From a virus: 64,000 bases of DNA. Positions 9,739 to 20,354 of the stretch are shown in pieces. Where the stretch lies: the IMG/VR virus record IMGVR_UViG_3300032246_001967, positions 1-64,000 of that record. One strand, written 5' to 3'. Positions within the stretch are counted from its first letter, which is position 1. Every line of letters begins with the position of its first letter. Position numbers and translations under genes: made by a program. Under the pieces are notes generated by a model. The model made no database searches. It was given only the letters and a program-made list of their open reading frames with translations, and was not told where the DNA came from.

Positions 9739-12700
9739 ATGGCAGAAAACTATACAATATCAGAAGTATTAGCCAACGAATTTGAACTACAAACTATCTC
9801 TTCTCAGGATAGTAATTTATTATCTGAAGTACCTGTTGAAGGACTATTTTCTCCTACTCTTAGCTCAGTTGAATTTTCATTATATGATTTTAATAAAAAT
9901 CTATTATATTTTGATTCTGATTTAAAAAGTTGGTCAACTAACTTTGATTCATTTGTTAATAATGAAAATAAAAAAATAACTTCTCTTAATATTGATCCTA
10001 GTAAAGATATAGAAACTTTAGGTTATAATTATGGAAAAGTTTATGGATTTTATAACTTTATTCAAAATGAATTAGGGTCTTCTATCAATAATCAATTTTT
10101 TATTAGTGAAATATCTTCTGATAGAACAGAAATTAGAATAGATAACACTAACATTTCTTCAGAAAGTTTAGAAATTTTATATAATATTTTTTATTCTAAA
10201 TTTAATTCTCCTGATACTTATGATTATTTCTATTTAAATTTTGGAGACAATCAGTTATTAATTGCTACTAACATTTATTTAGATAAAAGTTCATCTGATT
10301 ATAGTATTTTAATTAAATTATATGAACCTTTACTTCCTCAATTTGATGTAAAATCTCAATGTTATGTTAGTTCTAAAATAGCAGACCCTGTAGCTTATTT
10401 AGTTGAATTTACAATTGATTTAGGACAAATTGATAATATTGTTCAAATTCAAGGTCCAAATATTAATTTAAATTTAAATGGACAAGTAAATAATTCTACA
10501 ACTTATCAATCATTTGATACTTTAACTTCAACAGTTAATACAAGTTCTTTTAATCAATTAAGTAGTTTATTAGAAGAAAAAGGTGTTGAAATTAATATTG
10601 ATTATACTGATTATTCAAACTTTGTATTTTATTCATCTGCTGTTTCTAGATTAGAAAATTTCTATACTAAAGCTAAACAAATTGAAGATTACAATAATGA
10701 TATAAATATTTTAACTTCATTACCTACTACTGCTGGTTCAAGTGGAAGTATTTCATTATTAGAACAATATATTTCAAATATTATTACTAATTTTGATGGT
10801 TATGAATATTATTTATATTTTGAATCTGGTTCTAAAGCTTGGCCTAAAACAAATTCTACACCCCCTTATTTATTAGCATCAACTGGTTCTACTGATGTTT
10901 TAAATTGGTATGGAAGTAATATTTATGGTTCTCCTTATTTTGGAGGCCAATTAGAAACAGCATCTTTATATGATTCAAACAATCAAGACCTTTTAATCAA
11001 TACTATTCCAGATTATTTAAATGATTATGATAGTGATGATTATTTAACCTTTGTTAAAATGGTTGGTCAATCTTTTGATAATATTTGGGTTTATATTAAA
11101 AGTGTAGTTGATAAAACAAATACTGATAACCGTTTAGATTTTGGCGCTCCGTCAGGAATTATAGCTGATATTTTAAGAAGTTTAGGAGTTAAAATCTATT
11201 CTAATAATTTTTCAGTAGATAATACTTATGAATCTTTATTAGGTATAGGGGCTAACGGAATGTTATATCCAACTGGTAGTGAATTAATTAATACTATTAT
11301 CACTGCTTCAGCTATTCCTTATGCTTTAAGTGATGTTAATAATTTAACATATAAAAGATTATATCATAACTTACCTTATATTTTAAAGAAAAAAGGTACG
11401 CCTGAGGGTTTAAAAGCTATTTTAAATGCTTATGGTGTTCCTGATACTATTTTAAGAATTAATGAATTTGGAGGTAAAGATAAAAATTCAAACACTTGGG
11501 ACCAATGGCAGGATGAATATAATTATGCTTTTGTAACAACAGGTTCAAGTAAAATATCAATACCTTTTACAACATCATCAGTAAATTATGGAACTGTTTA
11601 TCCTAAAGCTGTAGAATTTAGATTTAAAACTTTTGGTTTACCAATTGATTCTATTCCTTATTCACAATCTCTTTTAATAGATAGTAATAATAGTTTTGGA
11701 GTAGTTCTAGAATATACAGGTTCAGGATATTCAAGTGGTTCATATAATGGATCAATTATAGATCCTAATTACCAATATGCTACTTTAAAATTTATTTCAG
11801 GTTCATTATCTTCAAGTGTTTATTTACCTTTTTATGATGGTGGTTGGTGGTCAGTATTAGTTAATGCTAATTCAGGTTCAACTACTACTTATACTTTATA
11901 TGCTAAAAATAAAGATTATGAAGGTGAAGATGGAAATACAATAGGTTTTCAAGCATCTTCTAGCTTTGTAGGAGATAAATTCTGGTTAACTTCAGGTCAA
12001 TTATTTTTTGGAACAAGTAGTGTTTTAAACACTAAAACATATTCTGCGTTTAGTGGTTCTTATCAAGAAATAAGATATTATAATGTACCTTTAAGTGAAA
12101 GTGCCTTTGATGCTTATGTAATGAACCCTTATTCAATTGAAGGCAATACAATAAGTGGCTCTCAATCTTCTAAAAATAGTTTATTCTTTAGATTACCTTT
12201 AGGAGGTGAATTATATACAGGTTCAACTTCTGTTCATCCTGGTATAACTGGATCTTTTATAACACAATCATTTACAGGAACTTCATCAACAGGTTCATAT
12301 AGTGGAAGTTACTTTTGGAGTAAAAATAGAGAAGTAATATATTTTGATCAACCTGCTGTAGGTATTCAAAATATTGTTTCTGATAAAATTAAAACAATTA
12401 ATACTTCTTTACCTTATAGTGGTAGTAATGATCCAAATATTCCTAATAATAATATTTTATCTTCTCATACTTCAATTCAACAAAGTTTTGCTATAAGTTC
12501 TTCTTATACAAATGATATTAGTTATACTGAAGTAGCTTTTTCACCTCAAAATGAAATAAATGAGGATATAATGTCAACTTTAGGTTATTTTAACATTGGA
12601 GAATTAATTGGTGATCCAAGACAAATAAGTACTTCTGATGAATCTTATCCTGAATTAGATATTTTAAGAGATTTATATTTTGAAAAATATTCTTCAAATT

Positions 12701-14283
12701 ATGATTGGAATGATTATATCAGATTAGTTAAATATTTTGATAACTCATTATTTAAAATAATAAAAGATTATATACCCGCTAAAACATCTTTAGCTTCAGG
12801 TGTAGTAATTAAACAACATTTATTAGAAAGAAATAAATATCCTGTTCCGCAAATAGAATTTGCTTCTTCAGAATATACAGGATCTATTTCAATGTATGAA
12901 ATTTCTGGTTCTGATGGAGGTTCAATGAATATTACCTCTATTGTAACTCAAAGTTGGACAGGTGCTTATCCTTCAGTAAGTGGTTCAGTTCCTTTTACTC
13001 AAAGTTCTGAGGATGAGTTTTATAACGGTCAATTTAGTGGTTCTGTTATTGAAGTAACAGATGGAGAATTAGGTGATGATAATGATTTGCCTTTATCTAA
13101 TAATATTTCAGAAACTAGATTAAATTCGTTTTATATGGATGTTGATTATACAGATAATATTACAACACCAGTTAATCAACAGCTTATATTATCAGGAAGT
13201 GCTACTCGTTTTGCAATTCCTGATTCAAATTATACAATGGTTCGTAATATAAATCCTAGATATAATGGTAGTAGAACTACATCACCAGGATTTAATCAAC
13301 CTATTTATAAAGATTTAGATACATTATCGACTCAATCTCAAATTCCAAACGCTTCAAAATATGTAAATTATTTTGTTTATTTTGATTGGATTGGAGGGTC
13401 AACTCCTGAGTATCCAGGTGGAGGAAATATGCATTGTACTTATTTAATTTCTACAGAAGGTATAGCATATCCTTTAACTACAGAAAATAAAAATTTATTT
13501 ACAGTAGAAAATATTTTTATTAAAGGACAAAAAGCAAATATATTACCTGCTGTATATTCAGCAGGTAGTAATACAACTCAAGTAGATATTATTGAGGGTG
13601 GAGCTTTATATGATACTATTTTTGCTAATTCAGGCTCAACAACAGGATTATTAACTGGTGGATTTGCAATTTATGTTAAAGATATAGTAAATCCAAATTA
13701 TTTAGATGCTATATCTTATGATGTACCTACTTTATTAACTCAAAGTGCCTTTCCTAATACTTTATTTGATAGTGGAAGTGGATGGTTAAAATATATGTTA
13801 ACAGGAAGTGGAATATTTGGTGGAACAGATGCAATATATGTTCAACCAATAGGAACTAATTTCCAATTATTTAATAAAAGAACAGGACAATATGCTTCAT
13901 TAAATGAATTAGTACCTTATGGTGATACTTATCTTCCTTTAAAATATGGTGATATGATTCGTTTTGGTACTAATATAGCAGGTAATACAGGATCTTTAGA
14001 TTTTAATTTTGAAACATTAGGAATATCAGCTATCGCATCAAGTTCATTAGACACAGGTTCAGTATTTACAACTAGTTCTTTATTTGTAGATAATATTCCT
14101 TCAAGATTTGTTAGTAATTATTCAGTTCAAAATATTAGAGTATTACGTAGAGTACCTAATGAAACCTTTGTATTAGTTAAAAACTCACCAGCTTATACAG
14201 ATCCTGGATTTTTAATTCCTAATAATTTTAATCCAAATTTTGACCCTTATGCTTTAGCAAGAAAAGCAGGAATTATATCATAA
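9739..14283 (+). CDS. Large baseplate wedge protein (gp7-like, probable LamG-like domain)
   Basis: YILKKKGTPEGLKAILNAYG wedge motif; FSGSYQEIRYYNVPLS LamG-like end motif; many SGS/TGS. Confidence 0.6.
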   Translation: MAENYTISEVLANEFELQTISSQDSNLLSEVPVEGLFSPTLSSVEFSLYDFNKNLLYFDSDLKSWSTNFDSFVNNENKKITSLNIDPSKDIETLGYNYGKVYGFYNFIQNELGSSINNQFFISEISSDRTEIRIDNTNISSESLEILYNIFYSKFNSPDTYDYFYLNFGDNQLLIATNIYLDKSSSDYSILIKLYEPLLPQFDVKSQCYVSSKIADPVAYLVEFTIDLGQIDNIVQIQGPNINLNLNGQVNNSTTYQSFDTLTSTVNTSSFNQLSSLLEEKGVEINIDYTDYSNFVFYSSAVSRLENFYTKAKQIEDYNNDINILTSLPTTAGSSGSISLLEQYISNIITNFDGYEYYLYFESGSKAWPKTNSTPPYLLASTGSTDVLNWYGSNIYGSPYFGGQLETASLYDSNNQDLLINTIPDYLNDYDSDDYLTFVKMVGQSFDNIWVYIKSVVDKTNTDNRLDFGAPSGIIADILRSLGVKIYSNNFSVDNTYESLLGIGANGMLYPTGSELINTIITASAIPYALSDVNNLTYKRLYHNLPYILKKKGTPEGLKAILNAYGVPDTILRINEFGGKDKNSNTWDQWQDEYNYAFVTTGSSKISIPFTTSSVNYGTVYPKAVEFRFKTFGLPIDSIPYSQSLLIDSNNSFGVVLEYTGSGYSSGSYNGSIIDPNYQYATLKFISGSLSSSVYLPFYDGGWWSVLVNANSGSTTTYTLYAKNKDYEGEDGNTIGFQASSSFVGDKFWLTSGQLFFGTSSVLNTKTYSAFSGSYQEIRYYNVPLSESAFDAYVMNPYSIEGNTISGSQSSKNSLFFRLPLGGELYTGSTSVHPGITGSFITQSFTGTSSTGSYSGSYFWSKNREVIYFDQPAVGIQNIVSDKIKTINTSLPYSGSNDPNIPNNNILSSHTSIQQSFAISSSYTNDISYTEVAFSPQNEINEDIMSTLGYFNIGELIGDPRQISTSDESYPELDILRDLYFEKYSSNYDWNDYIRLVKYFDNSLFKIIKDYIPAKTSLASGVVIKQHLLERNKYPVPQIEFASSEYTGSISMYEISGSDGGSMNITSIVTQSWTGAYPSVSGSVPFTQSSEDEFYNGQFSGSVIEVTDGELGDDNDLPLSNNISETRLNSFYMDVDYTDNITTPVNQQLILSGSATRFAIPDSNYTMVRNINPRYNGSRTTSPGFNQPIYKDLDTLSTQSQIPNASKYVNYFVYFDWIGGSTPEYPGGGNMHCTYLISTEGIAYPLTTENKNLFTVENIFIKGQKANILPAVYSAGSNTTQVDIIEGGALYDTIFANSGSTTGLLTGGFAIYVKDIVNPNYLDAISYDVPTLLTQSAFPNTLFDSGSGWLKYMLTGSGIFGGTDAIYVQPIGTNFQLFNKRTGQYASLNELVPYGDTYLPLKYGDMIRFGTNIAGNTGSLDFNFETLGISAIASSSLDTGSVFTTSSLFVDNIPSRFVSNYSVQNIRVLRRVPNETFVLVKNSPAYTDPGFLIPNNFNPNFDPYALARKAGIIS

Positions 14284-14324
14284 AAACTAAACTTAAATAT
14301 ATTTATAATAAACATTAAAAAAAC

Positions 14325-14969
14325 ATGGGATACTTAAATAATAGTGTAGTAACCGTAGACGCAATTTTAACAACTAAAGGTCGTGAATTATTAGCACAAG
14401 GTAATTTTAATATTACTCAATTTGCTTTAGCAGATGATGAAATTGATTATACTCTTTATAATCCAAACCATCCTTCAGGTTCTGCTTATTATGGAGAAGC
14501 AATTGATAATATGCCTTTATTAGAAGCATTTCCTCAAGAAACTCAAATGATGAAATATAAGCTTACCACATTACCTCGTGGAACAGCTAAAATGCCTATC
14601 ATTGCTACTCTTTCTATAGTTAACTTAAAACAAGGTGAAACTTTAGTAATAAAACCTCAAACATTAAATTATTTAGGTGGTAATACAGAAGAAACAAGCG
14701 GTTATACTTATACAATTTCAGATGTTAGATTAATGTCAACTTTTGAAGGAGTAGGTATTAATACACCTCAAGCACAAGCATTAAATCAATCAACTACTAT
14801 AGGAACTAATGTATCTAAAACAGTAGTAGGTACTTCTTTAAGTATGAAAGCTACAACTATCAATACTTTATTTGGTACTAATACTACATTATATGCTACA
14901 TTAACTATTGAAGGTAGAGACAGTGGTGCTAGAGTTACTATTCCTGTTCAAGTAAATAAAGTATCTTAA
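14325..14969 (+). CDS. Baseplate/tail-fibre attachment protein
   Basis: ILTTKGRELLA...ITQFALADD resembles tail-collar fibre N-termini. Confidence 0.55.
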   Translation: MGYLNNSVVTVDAILTTKGRELLAQGNFNITQFALADDEIDYTLYNPNHPSGSAYYGEAIDNMPLLEAFPQETQMMKYKLTTLPRGTAKMPIIATLSIVNLKQGETLVIKPQTLNYLGGNTEETSGYTYTISDVRLMSTFEGVGINTPQAQALNQSTTIGTNVSKTVVGTSLSMKATTINTLFGTNTTLYATLTIEGRDSGARVTIPVQVNKVS

Positions 14970-14979
14970 TATATAAAAT

Positions 14980-16035
14980 ATGTCATTTAAAAGATTAGAA
15001 GCAGACGATTTTGTAATAAGTGCAGATAGTATTTCCTCTATTTTATGGTCAAATGGAAATCCTGTATTACAAACATTTTTTACATCATCAACTCAAGAAT
15101 TAGGCACTTCTGGAGATTATTATTTAAACGTATATAATACTGGATCCACTTTATCAGGATCAGCAGTTCAGTTTGCTATTGCTTATGGAAATACTTTTGG
15201 AAGTGGTAGTACAAACTATAATCAGTTAGTTGATGGTAAATCACCTTCATCAACCGTTTATGGTCAATGGCAAGATTTAGTAATTGGTGATGAAAATACT
15301 AATTTCCTTTTTGGCCCAGTTACTCAATCTCAATTCTTTGCTATTTCTTTTGATAGAGCTAGATATAAAGAATCTTTATTTCCTGGTTCATTAACTTTAA
15401 AAATATCAGGAAGTGCAGGTGTAATAACTTTAACTGATAATAGTCAATATGTTTCTTCTATTACTTATACAGAAGCCGGAAGAGTATTCCAATTAATTTC
15501 AGGTTCTGCAGGTACTAAATATACTAACGGTGGAACAACATCAGATGGATATTCTGCTAAATCAGGTTCATATGGTTGGTTATTACCAGATATTGGAACT
15601 ATTATTTTAAACCCAGTAGCATTAGCTGAACCTCAAATTAGTGGAGGTATTGCTTTTAATTATAGTGGTTCAGCAACAGTTCCAGGTCCTGGTTCAGCAA
15701 CTCCAACAGTGACTCCTATGGCTTCATTATATAAAGCAATTTCAGGATCAACTGCTGCTTCATTCACAATTAATTCTCAAGAAACAATTACATCAGATTA
15801 TATATTTGTTAGACCTAGAAGTTCAGAATTTAACTATTCAGAAAACCCATCATTTATTTCAGGTTCAACTGGTGAAGTTTTATATTCTAACTTTATTAAT
15901 AATCCTCAAACGTATATTACAACTGTAGGTTTATATAATGATAGTAATGAATTATTAGCAGTAGCAAAACTTTCTAGACCTTTAGTTAAAGATTTTACTA
16001 AAGAAGCATTAGTTAGAGTTAAGTTAGATTTCTAA
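14980..16035 (+). CDS. Baseplate/tail-associated structural protein
   Basis: C-terminal YITTVGLYNDSNELLAVAKLSRP. Confidence 0.55.
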   Translation: MSFKRLEADDFVISADSISSILWSNGNPVLQTFFTSSTQELGTSGDYYLNVYNTGSTLSGSAVQFAIAYGNTFGSGSTNYNQLVDGKSPSSTVYGQWQDLVIGDENTNFLFGPVTQSQFFAISFDRARYKESLFPGSLTLKISGSAGVITLTDNSQYVSSITYTEAGRVFQLISGSAGTKYTNGGTTSDGYSAKSGSYGWLLPDIGTIILNPVALAEPQISGGIAFNYSGSATVPGPGSATPTVTPMASLYKAISGSTAASFTINSQETITSDYIFVRPRSSEFNYSENPSFISGSTGEVLYSNFINNPQTYITTVGLYNDSNELLAVAKLSRPLVKDFTKEALVRVKLDF

Positions 16036-16040
16036 AATGA

Positions 16041-17063
16041 ATGGGTGCTTACAAACAATTTCTATCTTCCGATGTGGTAGTAGTACCATTTGAAGTAAAC
16101 AAAGGGTTTGCTTTTTATGGGGCTTCTGCTTTAACAAGTTCTACAGTTAATATAGATAGATATTTAGGTAAAAATATCCAATCACCTCTTTTTGATCCTT
16201 CAACTGCTCCTACTACAGGTCAAATTACTACTCAATATCAAGAGTTAATATATGAGTCTATAAAACATTTATATTACAGTAATTTTCTTAGTGGTTCTGA
16301 AAACTATGGTTTACCATTAGTAACAGCTAGTTTGATACCAGGAAGAGATACAGCTGGTAATGTTTATGTAGGACCCACAGAATCTACAGGTAGATATGCT
16401 AATTATTCTCCTACAACTTTAACTTTTGAAAAATATTATCCTATTTCATCAAGCGCTGAAATTGGAGTAATATCTATTCCTGCAAATTTATTCGGTAACT
16501 ATATTCAACCAAACTCATTTATTTGGGCTGCTGAAAGTGGATCAATAATTGATGATGGAGAAGGTAATTTAATATTATCTGCTTCTAGAAATATTTGTGG
16601 TAATATATTTTATGAACAAGGATTAGCAATAATTACTAGCGATAGTGATCCTTTTAATGATGGTTATGGTTTTGGAGATTATGGAACTGCAGTTTATGGA
16701 ATGACAGATGTTTCTATAGTTGAAAATTTAGTAACATCTTCAAATGTAACTTGTTCTTTTTCTTCATCAACTATTATTTATGAATCTCAATATAAAGTAA
16801 CTATAAGTGAGAATGAATATAACTACACTCAAAATCCAAGTGCATTATCAGGAAGCAATACAATTTCAAGTTCAGTAGGATTATTTTATTCCCCAGGTCA
16901 ATATTTATTAGATAATATAACTGGTTCAGAATTTGCTCCTTATGTTACAACAATAGGTTTATATGATGAAAATCAAAATTTATTAGCAATAGGAAAATTA
17001 GCTCAACCTTTACAAACAACATCTACAACAGATACAACAATACTTATAAACATAGACAGATAA
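16041..17063 (+). CDS. Baseplate/tail-associated structural protein (C-terminus paralogous to the upstream gene)
   Basis: C-terminal YVTTIGLYDENQNLLAIGKLAQP. Confidence 0.55.
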   Translation: MGAYKQFLSSDVVVVPFEVNKGFAFYGASALTSSTVNIDRYLGKNIQSPLFDPSTAPTTGQITTQYQELIYESIKHLYYSNFLSGSENYGLPLVTASLIPGRDTAGNVYVGPTESTGRYANYSPTTLTFEKYYPISSSAEIGVISIPANLFGNYIQPNSFIWAAESGSIIDDGEGNLILSASRNICGNIFYEQGLAIITSDSDPFNDGYGFGDYGTAVYGMTDVSIVENLVTSSNVTCSFSSSTIIYESQYKVTISENEYNYTQNPSALSGSNTISSSVGLFYSPGQYLLDNITGSEFAPYVTTIGLYDENQNLLAIGKLAQPLQTTSTTDTTILINIDR

Positions 17064-17066
17064 TTT

Positions 17067-17543
17067 ATGAATGAATGGTTTTCACAAACAGATAGTGACA
17101 GCGGGTTATTAACTAAAAAAACATATTCCTCAATTGAGGATTTCCCAGAAAATACCTTTGGTTTTATTTATATTGTAAAACATAGACCATCAGGTATGTC
17201 TTATATTGGAAAAAAAGTTCTTTACTATAACGTAAAGAAAAAACTAACAAAAAAGGAAATAGCAGAACAAACAGGACCAGGCAGGAAGTCATCCATAAAA
17301 ATGGTAGTAAAAGAATCAGACTGGAAAACTTATTATGGATCTGCTAAACCAATTTTAGAACTCATTAAGGATGGTAAACAAGAGGAATTTACCCGTGAGA
17401 TATTACAATTGGTTCCTAATAAAAAACTTCTTACTTACTATGAATGTAAGTATTTATTTACATATAATGTATTGGAACAACCTGAAGGTTATTTTAATGA
17501 TAACATTTTAGGCAAGTTCTTTTCAAAAGATTTTTTACTTTAA
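17067..17543 (+). CDS. GIY-YIG endonuclease (stand-alone catalytic domain)
   Basis: GFIYIV...SYIGKK, YYGS, FTREIL, E and YFNDNI motifs. Confidence 0.75.
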   Translation: MNEWFSQTDSDSGLLTKKTYSSIEDFPENTFGFIYIVKHRPSGMSYIGKKVLYYNVKKKLTKKEIAEQTGPGRKSSIKMVVKESDWKTYYGSAKPILELIKDGKQEEFTREILQLVPNKKLLTYYECKYLFTYNVLEQPEGYFNDNILGKFFSKDFLL

Positions 17544-17577
17544 TTTTTTTTATTATATTTATAACAAATTAACAATT

Positions 17578-17943
17578 ATGAAAAGACAAATACTTTCTGA
17601 AGAATTCCAGCGTATGCAAAAACTAGCTGGTATAATTACTGAGTCTGAAGATTCTTTTGGTCCTAATAGCATTTCTACATTTGCTAATGAACATTTTGAT
17701 GAAATTCAAAATATGTTTGGTAAACTTCGTGGTGGTAAATTTGAAGGTTTTACAAACAATAGAGGTATTGAAGTAGCATTTATTGGTACTGATGAAGATG
17801 ATGGGATGGATATATCTTTTGATCCTAAATTTGAAGAGATGTCAGACATATATAATGATATAGAACCAGTTGAAATAGCTGGTAAAACAGTTTATGTAAA
17901 TGATTATCTTAATCATAATTTAGATAATGAAGATGAAGATTAA
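17578..17943 (+). CDS. Acidic protein with scaffold-like RMQKLAGI leader; putative internal head protein
   Basis: MKRQILSEEFQRMQKLAGIITE versus scaffold C-terminus RWQKLAGIK. Confidence 0.6.
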   Translation: MKRQILSEEFQRMQKLAGIITESEDSFGPNSISTFANEHFDEIQNMFGKLRGGKFEGFTNNRGIEVAFIGTDEDDGMDISFDPKFEEMSDIYNDIEPVEIAGKTVYVNDYLNHNLDNEDED

Positions 17944-17966
17944 TAAATAAAAAATATTTTAAAATT

Positions 17967-17994
17967 AAGCTTGGTTCGCCAAGCTTTCTTTTTT
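17967..17994 (+). terminator. Rho-independent terminator overlapping a TTGG-N19-TATATT promoter
   Basis: AAGCTTGG-TTCG-CCAAGCTT plus T-run; TTGG at 17971, TATATT at 17994. Confidence 0.8.
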
Positions 17995-18022
17995 ATATTA
18001 CGGTTATGTTCAATATTTATGA

Positions 18023-18631
18023 TTGATGGATAAAAAAACTAATATATATTACTTGCATAATGGTGATAATATTCCTTTTTATATAGGAAAAACAGTTCAA
18101 AACCCATCAAAACGATTAAATAATCATAAAAAAGTTTTTGGAAATAATACATTATTAGAAGTTATAGATATAGTTGAAAATAATAATTGGTTATTTTGGG
18201 AAAAACATTATATTTCTTTATTTAAATCTTGGGGTTTTAATCTAGAAAATAAAAATGAAGGTGGAGGAGGATGTATAACTCATGAAGTATCAGAATCTGC
18301 TAGAGAAAAAATAAGTAAAACTCATAAAAATCTTAAAAAACCATTTACTGAGTCTCATAAAATAAACCATCAAAAGTCTTATGAGAACAGAAATGTAACT
18401 TGGGGAAATAAAATATCAGAAGGATTAAAAGGTAGAAAAATAACATGGGAACAAGGAAATGTAGGAAAACCATCTTCACCAATCAACCAATATGATTTAG
18501 AGGGAAATTTTATTAAAAAATGGGATAATATAAAAGATCCTTCTTTAATTTATAAATGTTATATAAGTGGTTGTCTTAAAGGAAGGCAAAAAACAGCCGG
18601 AGGTTATATTTGGAAATATGCAAATAAATGA
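18023..18631 (+). CDS. GIY-YIG homing endonuclease with NUMOD-type C-terminus
   Basis: IYYL...FYIGKT, R..NH, EKHYI, LENKNEGG; QYDLEGNFIKKW...TAGGYIWKY. Confidence 0.85.
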   Translation: MMDKKTNIYYLHNGDNIPFYIGKTVQNPSKRLNNHKKVFGNNTLLEVIDIVENNNWLFWEKHYISLFKSWGFNLENKNEGGGGCITHEVSESAREKISKTHKNLKKPFTESHKINHQKSYENRNVTWGNKISEGLKGRKITWEQGNVGKPSSPINQYDLEGNFIKKWDNIKDPSLIYKCYISGCLKGRQKTAGGYIWKYANK

Positions 18632-19550
18632 ATCATTAGTAGCATTAGTTAATTCAATTTTAGGAACAGGTAAATCTACTGCTAAAGGAAATAAATCATA
18701 TACCTGCCCAAAATGTAATCATCATAAACCTAAATTAGAAATTAATTTTGATATTACATCTCCCCATTATCAAAAATTTGCTTGTTGGGCTTGTGGTTTT
18801 AAAGGTAAAAAAATTATTCAATTATTTAAACAAGTTAAAGCATCACCAAATGCTCTTTTAGAATTAAGATCTATTGTTAAAACTGAAACTGCTGAAAAAA
18901 AAGAAATAACAACAGAAAAAGTTGAGTTACCAAAAGAATTTCAACCATTAATTAATATATCTAAATCAAATATTATAGGAAGACACGCTTTAGCATATTT
19001 AAAATCCAGAAATATTACTGAAGAAGATATTTTAAAATATAATATCGGTTATTGTGAATCAGGACCTTATAGAAATATGGTTGTTATTCCTTCATATGAT
19101 GCTGATGGTAGATTAAATTATTTTACAGGTCGTTCATTTGAAAAAGAAGCTAAAGTAAAATATAAAAACCCAACTGTATCACGTGATATTATACCATTTG
19201 AGTTGTTTATAAATTGGGATATACCGTTTATATTATGCGAAGGACCATTTGACGCCATTGCTATTAAAAGGAATGTTATCCCGTTACTAGGCAAAAATAT
19301 ACAAACAAAACTAATGAAGAAGATAGTAATGTCTTCTGTTGATAAAATATATATAGCCCTTGACCGGGATGCTCAAAAACAAGCTTTATCCTTCTGTGAG
19401 CAATTAATGAATGAAGGTAAAGAAGTATATTTAGTAGATATGCAAGATAAAGACCCAAGTGAAATGGGCTTTAAAAATTTTATTAATTCAATTTCAGAGA
19501 CTTACCCCTTAACACTCTCAGGCTTACTTGAGAAAAAATTATTTTTATGA
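18618..19550 (+). CDS. DNA primase (Zn finger plus TOPRIM); likely start ATG 18618
   Basis: CPKC...CWAC zinc finger, YFTGR, KYKNP, LCEGPFDAI, IALDRDA, KDPSE. Confidence 0.85.
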   Translation: MQINESLVALVNSILGTGKSTAKGNKSYTCPKCNHHKPKLEINFDITSPHYQKFACWACGFKGKKIIQLFKQVKASPNALLELRSIVKTETAEKKEITTEKVELPKEFQPLINISKSNIIGRHALAYLKSRNITEEDILKYNIGYCESGPYRNMVVIPSYDADGRLNYFTGRSFEKEAKVKYKNPTVSRDIIPFELFINWDIPFILCEGPFDAIAIKRNVIPLLGKNIQTKLMKKIVMSSVDKIYIALDRDAQKQALSFCEQLMNEGKEVYLVDMQDKDPSEMGFKNFINSISETYPLTLSGLLEKKLFL

Positions 19551-20320
19551 GTAAAATTAAACACACTTATAACAGAATCCTAGAAATCTCGGATGATCAT
19601 AAACAAATAACTTTACCTGATGCTAGATATTATAGACGAAATGGTCAATATTATCCTTCAATTACTTATGTTTTAGGTTATTACCCTAAAGGAAAACAGT
19701 TTGAAGACTGGCTTAAAAACATGGGTCGTTCTGCTGATTATATAGTTAAAAAAGCAGCTGAAGATGGAACCAAAGTCCATAATTTAGTTGAAAGTTATTT
19801 AAATGGAGAAGAAATAAAATTCTTAGATAAATTTGATAACCCAAGATATGATGTTGATATCTGGCAGATGTTTTTACGTTTTGTTGAGTTTTGGGAAACT
19901 TATAAACCTAAATTAATTGAAACCGAAGTACATTTATTTTCAGATGAATTAAAAGTAGCAGGTACGTGTGATTTGATTTGTGAGATAGATGGTAAAATTT
20001 GGTTATTAGATGTTAAAACTTCTAACATGATGCATAACACTTATCCATTACAAACAGCAATTTACGGGCATTGTTATAAAGAATGTTATGGAGTTGATGT
20101 AGACAACTATGGTATTTTATGGTTGAAATCAACTAAACGTAGACTTAATAAAGAAAAAATGAGTGGTAAAGGATGGGAAGTAGTATTACCTGAACGTACT
20201 CAAGAGGAAAATATTGAAATATTCAGAATGGTTAAACGTTTATTTGATATTGAAAATCCTCAAGAAGCACCTACATTCACTGAATTTAAGACCACAGTAA
20301 AAAGGGATTTGGAATCCTAA
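19547..20320 (+). CDS. PD-(D/E)xK exonuclease
   Basis: YPSIT, GTKVH, E...AGTCDL, LLDVKTS, LQTAIY. Confidence 0.85.
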   Translation: MSKIKHTYNRILEISDDHKQITLPDARYYRRNGQYYPSITYVLGYYPKGKQFEDWLKNMGRSADYIVKKAAEDGTKVHNLVESYLNGEEIKFLDKFDNPRYDVDIWQMFLRFVEFWETYKPKLIETEVHLFSDELKVAGTCDLICEIDGKIWLLDVKTSNMMHNTYPLQTAIYGHCYKECYGVDVDNYGILWLKSTKRRLNKEKMSGKGWEVVLPERTQEENIEIFRMVKRLFDIENPQEAPTFTEFKTTVKRDLES

Positions 20321-20341
20321 CTTATTTTTGTTATATTTATG
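20309..20341 (+). promoter_or_regulatory. Composite TTGG-N19-TATATT / TATATTTAT promoter
   Basis: TTGG at 20309, TATATTTATG at 20332-20341. Confidence 0.6.
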
Positions 20342-20354
20342 ACAAAATATTTCC

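Noticed and set aside
19547-20320. Cas4 or CRISPR adaptation gene
   Set aside because: No Fe-S cysteine set and no cas context; a typical phage exonuclease next to primase.
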